Origin: an uncultured delta proteobacterium
GTDB taxonomy: Bacteria > Desulfobacterota > Binatia > UBA9968
Length of the DNA stretch: 64,000 bases
Assembly: GCA_963816145.1 (NCBI GenBank)
Contig: CAWFJP010000024.1
Location: 48,929-112,928 of the forward strand
Direction: 5' to 3'
The notes below the pieces were generated by a model. That model saw nothing but the letters and a program-made list of their open reading frames with translations. It was not told where the DNA came from and did no database searches. Shown here piece by piece: positions 44,599 to 53,969 of the stretch (position 1 is its first letter; the number at the start of each line of letters is the position of its first letter). The translations under genes and the position numbers were made by a program.

Positions 44599-46511
44599 AT
44601 CCCACTTTGATCGCCCGCACCTCCGCGGCGCGCTCATCGACCGGGATCACCGGCAATTCGCCCTTGTTCTTGACCGGCAGCCTGCGCAGGTGATCCATGA
44701 TCGCCTGCCACTCCTTGATTTCGCGGGTCGCGCCGTTGCCGCTCCCCGTGGCGATACTGTTTTTGTCCATCGTGCCGGGAGGTGCCAGCAAGTAACCCGA
44801 GTTGTCGTGCGGCGCATCGAGTGCCTCGACCCTCGATGTGAGGGTCTGACCCGTCTTGTTCTTGGCGACGAGAGTCAGCTTGCCTTTCGTGTACTTGGGA
44901 ATGCCCACCAAGATCACGCCGAGCATCAACGGGCAGGTGAGGCTGTAGAGACGCGCGTCCTTCCCGGTGATGTCGATCGCGGCATAGCCGCGGTCGAGGT
45001 CACCGAGTTCGATGGCCGTCACGACGTCGAACATCGGGCGCGACTTGTCGTAGCGGAACCTCATGCCGGAGACGCGCGGGAAATACTCGCCGGGGTGGGC
45101 CGGGTTGTCGACGAGAAAAAACTCGAGCAGATTCTTTAGCTCCAGGCCCGTGAAGTAGCCGGTCACCAGAGCGCTGCCGGCCGTCGTATCGACCACACCT
45201 GCGCCCAGCGGCGCCACCGCGAACACATCGTAAACCGTCAGCACACCCATCTTGCCGCGCATGAGTGGGGCGCGCATCATGCCGTTGGCGGTAAACCCAA
45301 TGTCCGCCTTCGTGGCCATTTTTAGGGCGTCGGTAACGAGATTGGCGAGGATCGTGCCGGCCGCGATGTCGGTAAACGTGTTGGGCAGATCCTGGGGCGC
45401 AATCGCCAGCGGCTGATCGATGCTGTAACCGCGCGACGCGAACACGGCTGTGGTGACCGACTTCTTGAGTTTGTCGATCTCCTCGGCAATGACGCGGTCG
45501 CCGGCAATGCTGTCGTCGATCGGATAAAGTCGATAGGAGTCGATTTTCAGCTTGTCGCCATCCACGCTGATCACCAGTTCGCCTAAATTCTTTCCTTCCA
45601 ATCCGGTCTGGACCACCGGCGTACGGTCGTTGACCATGATTGGTTCTTTGAGCTCGGTGTGGCTGTGACCGCCGATCACCACGTCGATGCCTGGCACTGC
45701 CGTGGCAAGACGCACGTCGTCACCGTCGCTGTATCGTCCGTCTTTTCCTTTCTCGACGCCGCCGTGGCTGAGCGCAAATAACGACGTCGACCTTCTCCGT
45801 CTCGCGCAGAATCTTCACCATCTCCTTGGCGCTCTCGATGGCGTCGGAGAACGAATGCGCACCGCGACTGGTGTAGAAGATGGCCTCCTTGCCGATCACT
45901 CCGAAGACGCCGAAGCGAATGCCGCCGCGTTCGATCACGAGGTAGCGACGGATCACGCCGTCCTTGGACAAGCGCTGGAGATCCGCGAGCGTTGCGTCGT
46001 TCCCGCGACAGTTGGTATTCGCGACAAGCACCGCCGGAACCCGGCCCACTTTGGCGGCGACGGCGATTGCTTTGCCAAGACCGTCCGGCCCGAGGTCGAA
46101 TTCATGGTTACCGAACGTGGTGGCGTCGTAACCCATCAGAGACATAATTCGCAGCTCGCCGCCGATCTCGCGGCTGGCGGCGGCGAACGCAGTCCCCATG
46201 CTGTAATCGCCCGCGTCGAGAATTAGGACGGGACCATCGCCGGCGCGCGCCTTCCTTCGCGTGGCGATCAGGCTCGCCAGTCGCGAGTACCCGCCCCGGG
46301 TCGCGTCGCTGTTGAGTGTGAACGGCGTGTAGTCCGAGGATGGACCCATGCCGATGAAGGCCGAATGCATGTCGTTGGTGTGCAAAATGGTAAAGGTCTT
46401 TTTCATCGTCTTCTCCTGTGCCGCTGCGGCCAGTGCTCTCGTGAGGATTGCCGCGCCGGTTGCCGCTGAGACGGCAATGAACTTGCGACGTGAGAACGTT
46501 TTGCGTTTCAT
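44597..46511 (-). CDS. Bifunctional UDP-sugar hydrolase / 5'-nucleotidase, Tat-exported (frameshift near 45775)
   Basis: SRRKFI twin-arginine signal, ILHTNDMH, LDAGD, FGNHEFD, IGGHSH. Confidence 0.92.
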
Positions 46512-46593
46512 GCGTACCTACGTCTTTTCTGTTCGCTGATGCCGGTTTTCGGGCGCAGTTTTTTGCACTCTTTGGCATTGTATAAAGCGGAAA

Positions 46594-46621
46594 GCCCGGC
46601 GGACCGATGGGTCCGCCGGGC
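46594..46621 (-). terminator. Hairpin downstream of sulfatase 2
   Basis: GCCCGGCGGACC-GATG-GGTCCGCCGGGC followed by TTT on the minus strand. Confidence 0.55.
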
Positions 46622-46689
46622 AAGACGTTACGTTGAACTTGGCCGATCGCAATTCAATGCGATGCACGGTTTGGCACCGCCGAGTTTTT

Positions 46690-48219
46690 TCAACCCGGAT
46701 GGGCGGCAGCTTTCAGTGCCTCCGCGTTCTTCTTGAGCTTCTCCATCATTGCTTCAGGAGTCCAGCTATCCGGACTCTGACGGGGCGGGAACTCCAACAT
46801 GGTCTGCATGTACTGAGCGACAAGAGCGCCGGCCGGCAACAGCATGAAGACACGATCAGCACGCCACTTCCAGTAGTAAATGTCACCGGATACGTCGGCT
46901 TCCTCGAACGGGTCGGAGCGAAGATTGACGAGCAACGGAAACTTCAGCGTTGTCAGTTGTTCCTGCCAGGCATCGACGCCTTCATGCTTTTGCACGGCGA
47001 AATGAACCTTCCAGTTGCCGTAACGCAGCGCCATCAAGTCGCCCTCGTCGCCCCAGTATAGGAAGCCCGGACGCGGGCTCTTCGCCACCTCGCCTTTCAG
47101 ATAGGGAATCAGGTTGAAACCGTCGAGATGGACCTTGTAGGTCTTGTCACCGGCTTGGTAGCCTTTCTTACATTTCTCGACGATATCCGGTTCCCCGGCC
47201 GCGGCCAGCAGCGTGGGCAGCATATCCTGGTGCGAGCAGATCTCGTTGCTGACGGTGCCCGGCTTGATCACGCCCGGCCAGCGGATCGCGCACGGCACAC
47301 GCCAGCCGCCTTCCCAGTTGGTGGCCTTCTCGCCGCGGAAAGGCGTGCTGCCGCCATCGGGCCAGCTGCATTTCTCGGCGCCGTTGTCGGTCGAGTACAT
47401 GACGATGGTGTTGTCGGCGATGCCCAGTTCGTCGAGTTTCGCGAGCAGCTCGCCCACGTGGCCGTCGTGCTCGACCATACCGTCGGGATAAACACCCAGC
47501 CCAGTCTTGCCCTTGGACTCCGCCTTTAGATGCGTCCAGACATGCATCCGGGTTGAGTTCCACCAGCAGAAGAAAGGCTTGTCGGCCTTGGTCTGGCGCT
47601 CGATGAAATCGAGCGCGCCATCGGTGATCTCCCGATCGATGGTCTCCATGCGCTTTCGGGTCAGCGGGCCGGTGTCCTCGATCGTCTGCCCGCCCTTGCC
47701 GTCCGCCTTGCTGTGCAGCACGCCGCGCGGCCCGAAGTTCTTCTTGAAGTCGGGGTGTTCGGACGCTTTCGGATAATCCTCGTTTTCCGGTTCTTCCTCG
47801 GCATTCAGGTGGTAGAGGTTGCCGAAAAACTCGTCGAAGCCGTGCACCGTCGGCAGAAACTCGTCGCGGTCGCCCAAGTGGTTCTTGCCGAACTGGCCGC
47901 AGACATAGCCCTGCGGCTTGAGCAGCTCGGCGATGGTCGGGTCTTCCGGCTGGAGGCCGAGTTTCGATCCGGGAAGTCCGACCTTGGTGAGCCCGGTGCG
48001 AATCGGCGACTGGCCGGTAATGAATGCCGCGCGGCCCGCGGTGCAGCTTTGCTGGCCGTACCAGTCGGTGAACATCGCGCCTTCTTTGGCGACGCGGTCG
48101 ATGTTCGGCGTCTTGTAGCCCATGATGCCATGGTTGTAGGCGCTGATATTGAACCAGCCAATATCGTCACCCCAGATGATTAGAATGTTAGGTCTCTTGT
48201 CAGCTTTTGCTTGTGCCAT
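46690..48219 (-). CDS. Arylsulfatase (Cys-type), copy 2
   Basis: RPNILIIWGDDIG, SCTAGRA, GKNHLG, YSTDNG. Confidence 0.95.
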   Translation of the reverse strand: MAQAKADKRPNILIIWGDDIGWFNISAYNHGIMGYKTPNIDRVAKEGAMFTDWYGQQSCTAGRAAFITGQSPIRTGLTKVGLPGSKLGLQPEDPTIAELLKPQGYVCGQFGKNHLGDRDEFLPTVHGFDEFFGNLYHLNAEEEPENEDYPKASEHPDFKKNFGPRGVLHSKADGKGGQTIEDTGPLTRKRMETIDREITDGALDFIERQTKADKPFFCWWNSTRMHVWTHLKAESKGKTGLGVYPDGMVEHDGHVGELLAKLDELGIADNTIVMYSTDNGAEKCSWPDGGSTPFRGEKATNWEGGWRVPCAIRWPGVIKPGTVSNEICSHQDMLPTLLAAAGEPDIVEKCKKGYQAGDKTYKVHLDGFNLIPYLKGEVAKSPRPGFLYWGDEGDLMALRYGNWKVHFAVQKHEGVDAWQEQLTTLKFPLLVNLRSDPFEEADVSGDIYYWKWRADRVFMLLPAGALVAQYMQTMLEFPPRQSPDSWTPEAMMEKLKKNAEALKAAAHPG

Positions 48220-48385
48220 TTATTTGCTCCTTATCTATGCCTTGTTAAATTGCCAATAAAATTTTCGTCAGTAAACCCGTTCAAGAGTCGAGGGGGAAAA
48301 ATACCGCACCATCCGTTCGCTGCTTTCTGCTCCATGTCCCTTGCATTTCCCCCGACACCCGACACTCGTCACGCGACACTTTTTT

Positions 48386-49321
48386 TCACTTCGGAAACAA
48401 AAACTGGATCTGAAAACGCAATTGCCAAGCCGGACCAAACTCCGGCTTGGCCACGTTACCGTACGCCGCCAGTTGCATGTTGATCGGCAGCTTGGCGATC
48501 GGATGGCCTTCCAGTGGAAATACACTGCCGAGTCGAAACAGCTTACCCAAGCCGCCGCCCATCGGCACGGTCCAGACATCGCCGGCCTTGTCGGCCTTCC
48601 AGTTGGCCGTCGCGATCGGCGCGGAGGTCAAATACCAACCGTCGGGAAGATTGTAATTGACGAACGGCTGCATCAGGAACGCGTTCACCGGCTTGTCGCC
48701 CCACCCGGCAACCGACCACTGATTGTTTGCCAGCGCGCCGAACACCCAATGGCCTTGCATCGTCAGCAACACTCCGGCCGGCCCCATGCTCCATTTGCCG
48801 GCGCCGATATCTCTATCGGTTGCCGTCGGCAGAGTGAAAGTCGGGCCCAAGCCCCAAATGAGATCGCCGGGTTTACCCGGAGAAAGAAAGAAGGTCGGAT
48901 TGATGTCGCCGAGGCCGGAGCCGGTGGTGCCAGGAACGGTTCCGCCGAAGCTTGGGAATAGCGAAGGTTGGTTGATAATCGGCATGATAGTCCGTGTGAT
49001 CAGATTCCAATCGTCGTTAAGTTTGATCGGAATCACCGGCTGGACGTTGAGAATATAAATCATATTATTGTGATGGAAACCGGCGCCGAAGTTGAAATTG
49101 CTTTGCAGCGGCACGCTGATCAGATTGGCCACTGGATTCTGCGTCTGTTTCGCCAACTCTTCCGTGCTGGCTCCTTGTTCCGCGCCAGTTGCCGTCGACA
49201 GAGTTGCAAACACCAAGAGCACAGTCCAAAACCAGCGAAACTCTCGCGCACTTGTAACCATCATTTTGCTTCCGTTTGCGGAGCGAAATTTCATCGCTTT
49301 CGACTGGTCGTTAATCCGCAT
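48386..49321 (-). CDS. Putative outer-membrane beta-barrel (family often auto-annotated 'neuromedin U')
   Basis: Signal peptide, LAKQTQNPVANLISVP, QPVIPI, C-terminal WQLRFQIQFLFPK. Confidence 0.8.
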   Translation of the reverse strand: MRINDQSKAMKFRSANGSKMMVTSAREFRWFWTVLLVFATLSTATGAEQGASTEELAKQTQNPVANLISVPLQSNFNFGAGFHHNNMIYILNVQPVIPIKLNDDWNLITRTIMPIINQPSLFPSFGGTVPGTTGSGLGDINPTFFLSPGKPGDLIWGLGPTFTLPTATDRDIGAGKWSMGPAGVLLTMQGHWVFGALANNQWSVAGWGDKPVNAFLMQPFVNYNLPDGWYLTSAPIATANWKADKAGDVWTVPMGGGLGKLFRLGSVFPLEGHPIAKLPINMQLAAYGNVAKPEFGPAWQLRFQIQFLFPK

Positions 49322-49643
49322 AGCGATTCGCCGGAACGGTGTTGGCCTCGACAGGTTCTCTCATAGCTTGAGCATCCTCGTCCCCAGCGCCAGCTCAGTT
49401 CCGGTTAGATTGATGGCGGCCCTTGGATTGAATCCGGGATAGAGAATTCTCTGACACCAGAAAATCCGTTACTCGAATTGTCATTCTAATGTATTTGCTG
49501 CGCCAGAAACCGGTCACTAACAAATGACCAACCGATCCGCACCGGCTGATCGTGAATCGATGCCCGGCAAGATCGAAGGACCAACTTGGTCACGCTTTTT
49601 GCTGTTCGCTATTAGCTCTATCGCGGCGTCAAAATCCGCGCTA

Positions 49644-49659
49644 TTGGACTTTAGTCCAA
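49644..49659. promoter_or_regulatory. Palindrome TTGGACT-TT-AGTCCAA upstream of the sulfatase operon
   Basis: Perfect 7-bp arms; 15/16 match to 9622-9637. Confidence 0.55.
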
Positions 49660-49799
49660 CAGGTAATGGCGCGCCGGACAAGCCAGCCGAGACTCGCTAA
49701 CTTCGGCCACGCACCAAAAAGTCGGCGCAGCTGCACCGGCGCCATGGTCCAGCATCGCCATCGCTAGAAACTCGTAATCGTTATTCGATTCTAACGCCG

Positions 49800-50230
49800 G
49801 CCGCGGAATCCGCCGCCGCCGAAACCACCACCCCAACTCTTCGAACCCCAAGACGAGGCAGCGGAGCGCTGATCGGCGGAATTGCCAGAAGCGGCGTCGT
49901 TATCGAGCGGCTGCGTCTTGGCGCTATCCTGGACACTGTTCCAACTGCCATTGTCGTTTTTCTGCCAGCCGCTGCCGGTGTTGCGTTAAACGTTGCCGTC
50001 ATGGTCGGCGTAAGTGTCATTGCCAACTTGGGCAACTCCGGCGGTATTTCCCCGCGGCCCGCTGACCTGCGCGCCCCGCGCTGTCTGTTGCTGGCCGGTG
50101 TAAGCGTTGCCGTAAGTCACAGAGCCGCCTCTCGCCGCCACGCCGGTTGACGGATTGTAGGTCGCGCCACACTGGCCGTTGGTAGAGAGTATACGCCGCG
50201 CCCGCCTGTTGAACGACTTTCGGCCATGGG
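49800..50230 (-). pseudogene. C-terminal relic of a Gly-rich exported protein
   Basis: Start-less frame YNPSTGVAARGGSVTYGNAYTG...NDTYADHDGNV*RNTGSGWQKNDNGSWN with an internal stop. Confidence 0.55.
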
Positions 50231-50317
50231 TCCGGGGTCACCTGCGATCCATATAGAATTGGGATTAGGTCAAAAGCTTTATGTTTTTTCGAACTAGACT
50301 CGTTTCGGAATTCGGAT

Positions 50318-51664
50318 TTAGGATTTCGAGCTTTCCGTCTCATGCGTAGTTGCGGCTGAAGTATGCTCGGTCTCCGACATCGCCGGCGAGCGTAATGTCG
50401 GCAACTGAACCAGGTCCTTCGAGAAAATCAGATCCAACGTCCAGTCGAGCGCAACTCGAACCTTTTTCTGCAGGCCGGGAAGCTTGCTCAAATAAATCGC
50501 GCGCCAGAGCGACCATGCGACGATCCCGGAGAATTGCCAGCCAAAAATCTCGGCCACGCCGTGGCGATGCCCGATGGTCGCGAGCAGTCCGATGGTTTTA
50601 AACTTGAACGACTGCGGAGTCCGGCCGCGCATCGCCGCGACAATGTTATCTGCCAGCACTGCAGCCTGGCGGATGGCATGCTGCGCGGTGGGCGGATAGA
50701 ACTGGCCGGGCTTCAGCGCGTCGGGCACCAGCGCGCAGTCGCCCAATGCCCACACTCCCGGCCAATCCGCCACCTGCAAAAAGCCGTTCGCGACGATCCG
50801 CCCGCGCTGCAGAGCACAGGGCAGGCTCGCCAGCAACGGCGGCGGCGTGGTGCCGGCGGTCCAGATCAGCATGCGGGTGGCGATCTTCGTGCCGTCGTCA
50901 AGGGCCACCTCCTCACCGTCGTAGCTTGTGACTTTGGTTTTCAGGCGAAACTCGACGCCGCGCCGGCCGAGTTGCTGCTCGGCGTAGCGGCCGAGGCTCG
51001 CGCCCAACTCAGGCAAGATGACTTCGCCGGGATGCACCATCACGACGCGGGACATGCCCGGTTTCAAATTGGGATAAAACTTCATCGCTTCACGCAAGAG
51101 ATCGTTGACCGCGCCGGCGGTTTCCACGCCGGCAAAGCCGCCGCCCGCCACCACTACCGTCAGCATCGCCCGGCGCTCGCTTTCGTCCGGCTGGTTGTCC
51201 GCCATTCCCATGGCGTCGATAAGAAGGTTGCGGGCCAATATGGCATCGCCCAAGGTCTTCATCGCAAGCGCATGTTCGGCGAGACCGGGCGTGCGATAGA
51301 AGTTGGTCACGGCGCCGAGGGCGATCACCAGTTGGTCATAGGTTATCTCGACGCCGTGCGGCATGCCGTTGTGGCGAATGCGCACCTGCTTCTTGGCAAG
51401 ATCGATCGCTTCGACCTCGGCGATCGCCAAACGGGTATGACGGAGCATTTTGCGCAGCGGTTGGACGATATCCGCGACCGCCACGTCGCCGCCGGCAACC
51501 TCGTGGAGCATCGGCGTGAACAGAACAAAATTCTCCTTGGCGACCAAGGCGATCTCGACGTCCGGCGCATCGTGAAATTGCTTCTCGAGATGCAACGCGG
51601 TGTAGGCGCCGGCAAAGCCGCCGCCGAGAATTAAAATACGCTTCTTCGCCGCCGAACTGTCCAT
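50318..51664 (-). CDS. Type II NADH dehydrogenase-like FAD oxidoreductase
   Basis: Two Rossmann motifs (ILGGGFAG, VAGGGFAGVE), LGDCA, PPTAQHA. Confidence 0.9.
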   Translation of the reverse strand: MDSSAAKKRILILGGGFAGAYTALHLEKQFHDAPDVEIALVAKENFVLFTPMLHEVAGGDVAVADIVQPLRKMLRHTRLAIAEVEAIDLAKKQVRIRHNGMPHGVEITYDQLVIALGAVTNFYRTPGLAEHALAMKTLGDAILARNLLIDAMGMADNQPDESERRAMLTVVVAGGGFAGVETAGAVNDLLREAMKFYPNLKPGMSRVVMVHPGEVILPELGASLGRYAEQQLGRRGVEFRLKTKVTSYDGEEVALDDGTKIATRMLIWTAGTTPPPLLASLPCALQRGRIVANGFLQVADWPGVWALGDCALVPDALKPGQFYPPTAQHAIRQAAVLADNIVAAMRGRTPQSFKFKTIGLLATIGHRHGVAEIFGWQFSGIVAWSLWRAIYLSKLPGLQKKVRVALDWTLDLIFSKDLVQLPTLRSPAMSETEHTSAATTHETESSKS

Positions 51665-51765
51665 GTATTTCCTTCAACACCGCTAAATTCTGGCTAACTT
51701 AATTGCTCTCTCGCCGCTGCCGCACCTGACACCTAGAACCAATGACACCCTCGACTTCATCGTCT

Positions 51766-52533
51766 TTACAGCCCCGGGCTGCTGTGCATGATGCCGCCGT
51801 CGGCAAAGACGGTCGTCGCAGTCATGTAGCTGGCACCGTCTCCGGCCAGGAACCCAACCACGCTGGCGATCTCTTCGGGCTTGGACATGCGACCGAGCGG
51901 AATGGCGTCGTCGAGTTTTTTCATCAGCGCCGGATCCTTCATGGTCGACAGGTTGATCGGCGTCGCCACCGCGCCGGGGCCGACACCGACGACAAGTATG
52001 TTACGCGGCGCCAGCTCGACGCCGGCGGTCCGCGTCAGCATGCGCATGCCGCCCTTGGACAGGCAGTAGGCGGTGTTCCCCGGCATCGGCCAATCCTCGT
52101 GCACGGAAGTAATGTTGATGATGCGTCCGCCGCCGCCCTGCTTGATCATCTGCTGCGCCGCGAGTTGAATGCCGAAGAAAGCGCTCTTCAAATTGATGGC
52201 GAGAACTTTTTCATATTGTTCTTCCGTGGTATCGAGCACCGAAGTGCGGGTTTCGACGCCGGCGTTGTTGACCATGATATCGACGCGGCCGAAGTTCTTG
52301 ACGGACGCGTCGACGAGCTTTCGCAGGTCGGCGACCTTGCTGACATCGGCCTGCACGCCGATGGCTTGGTCGCCCAACGCGACCACCTGTTTCTCCAGAG
52401 CCTCGGTGGCCTCGGGATGGCAGACATAATCGATGACAATGTTCGCGCCTTGTTTGGCCAGCTCCAACACGATCGCCATGCCGATGCCGCTGTTGCCGCC
52501 GGTAACGATGGCGACTTTACCTTTCAGACTCAT
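51766..52533 (-). CDS. SDR, glucose 1-dehydrogenase-like
   Basis: TGGNSGIG, NNAG, TSVHE, YCLSK. Confidence 0.88.
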   Translation of the reverse strand: MSLKGKVAIVTGGNSGIGMAIVLELAKQGANIVIDYVCHPEATEALEKQVVALGDQAIGVQADVSKVADLRKLVDASVKNFGRVDIMVNNAGVETRTSVLDTTEEQYEKVLAINLKSAFFGIQLAAQQMIKQGGGGRIINITSVHEDWPMPGNTAYCLSKGGMRMLTRTAGVELAPRNILVVGVGPGAVATPINLSTMKDPALMKKLDDAIPLGRMSKPEEIASVVGFLAGDGASYMTATTVFADGGIMHSSPGL

Positions 52534-52581
52534 AATGTTTTCTCCTTTGCATTTGCAGTTGACCGGGTTTCATGTGTGCAT

Positions 52582-52730
52582 GAGTGTTCACCACGAAGGC
52601 ACGAAGGGCACGAAGGTCGGAAATTGTTACTCCTACATTTCTTTTAACTTCGTGATCTTCGTGTCCTTCGTGGTAAGCCATTTCATTCCGAACTTTGCGC
52701 CCTTTGCGCCTTTGCGGGAGATATTCCGAG
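52582..52730. repeat. CACCACGAAGGCACGAAG hairpin plus TTTGCGCCCTTTGCG tail
   Basis: Inverted arm CTTCGTGTCCTTCGTGGT; homologous composite at 61546-61730. Confidence 0.85.
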
Positions 52731-52742
52731 GTGAGACTTGTT

Positions 52743-53957
52743 TCATGTTGGTTCGTAGCGGCCGCTCAGCGCACGCGCGTTTTGACGTTTGACAACGACG
52801 AAGGACAACGCCGACATTACCAACGCCACCAACGCTGTCGCGCCATAGATGGCGTTCAAATCCAAACCAACCCAGCTCTGCAATGGGCCAACGCCGAAAG
52901 CTCCGATGCCGTATCCGATCTGGTAAAAGGCGATCATGCCGCCGGCCACCGAAGCGGCTATGCTGGTCAATTCTTTTTGACCGAAACTGATGGTCAACGG
53001 CAGCAGCGCTGAGCAGCCAAGTCCGGCCAATCCAAAAGTCAGAATCCCGAGGAACAGATCTCCCTTCGGGATGAATGCAACGATGACAAGTGCGGCTGCG
53101 ACCACCAGCGGCAAAACCCGATAAGTGCGGTTCTCGGGAAACCATCGTTCGATGGCAGCGAAGAGAATGCGCCCGGCGGTTACGGCGGACCAAAACACCG
53201 TCAGGGCGAGGGACGCCACGGTTGTGCTCGCACCGAGGATTTGCGTCATATAAAGAGATGCCCAGTTGCCATTCATTGTTTCGCAAATGCCGTAGAGCAG
53301 CACGAACGTGGCAAAAACCCAGAAGCGCGCCGGCAGCGGCGCCGTGCCGATCGCCGCTTCGGCGGCGCGCTGTTGTGCGCCTTGGTTCAACGGCAGACGC
53401 AGGCTGAACAGCAGCAATCCGATCAGTAGTCCGCTAACCAACAACGGCAAGCCCCACCAGATGCCGAGTCCGACGAAGATGGCGATAAATACCGGCGCCA
53501 GCGCCGTTCCCAATCCCAGCAGTGCATTGAGCCCGAGCACAGCTTTGTCGACGCCGGTTGGGAAAAAACCTGCGGCAAAGGTATTGAGCGCCGGCACGGT
53601 GAAGCCGAAGCCGACGCCCATGCAAGCGGTGGCCGCCAACAAAATGCTGAAAGCCAGCATGTGCGCATGGATGACAAACTGACTGACGATCAGCAGAGTC
53701 ATCGCCAGCAGATTACCCGCCAGGCCCAGCAGATAGACCCGCTTGGCGCCCAGAGAGCGGGTCAAGCCGGCGCCCAACAGCGCCGAACCGATGGCGGTGA
53801 TCGCCTGGGGCACGAACATGGCGCCGTATTCCGTGCTCGATAGCCCGTATCCGCTGGCACTGGTGAATACCGCGCCGGCCGCCGGAAATGTCACCAGCGC
53901 CACGCCTTGAATGACACCGGCAACGTAGATCGCCGCGATTTCGTTTCGTTGCGCCAA
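52743..53957 (-). CDS. MFS transporter (FucP/TsgA-like)
   Basis: About 12 TM segments, LLYGICE..GNW, AGRIL. Confidence 0.88.
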   Translation of the reverse strand: MAQRNEIAAIYVAGVIQGVALVTFPAAGAVFTSASGYGLSSTEYGAMFVPQAITAIGSALLGAGLTRSLGAKRVYLLGLAGNLLAMTLLIVSQFVIHAHMLAFSILLAATACMGVGFGFTVPALNTFAAGFFPTGVDKAVLGLNALLGLGTALAPVFIAIFVGLGIWWGLPLLVSGLLIGLLLFSLRLPLNQGAQQRAAEAAIGTAPLPARFWVFATFVLLYGICETMNGNWASLYMTQILGASTTVASLALTVFWSAVTAGRILFAAIERWFPENRTYRVLPLVVAAALVIVAFIPKGDLFLGILTFGLAGLGCSALLPLTISFGQKELTSIAASVAGGMIAFYQIGYGIGAFGVGPLQSWVGLDLNAIYGATALVALVMSALSFVVVKRQNARALSGRYEPT

Positions 53958-53969
53958 CGTTTAACTTTC

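Noticed and set aside
48386-49321. Eukaryote-like 'neuromedin U' hormone gene
   Set aside because: That label is a propagated annotation; the sequence looks like a bacterial outer-membrane beta-barrel.
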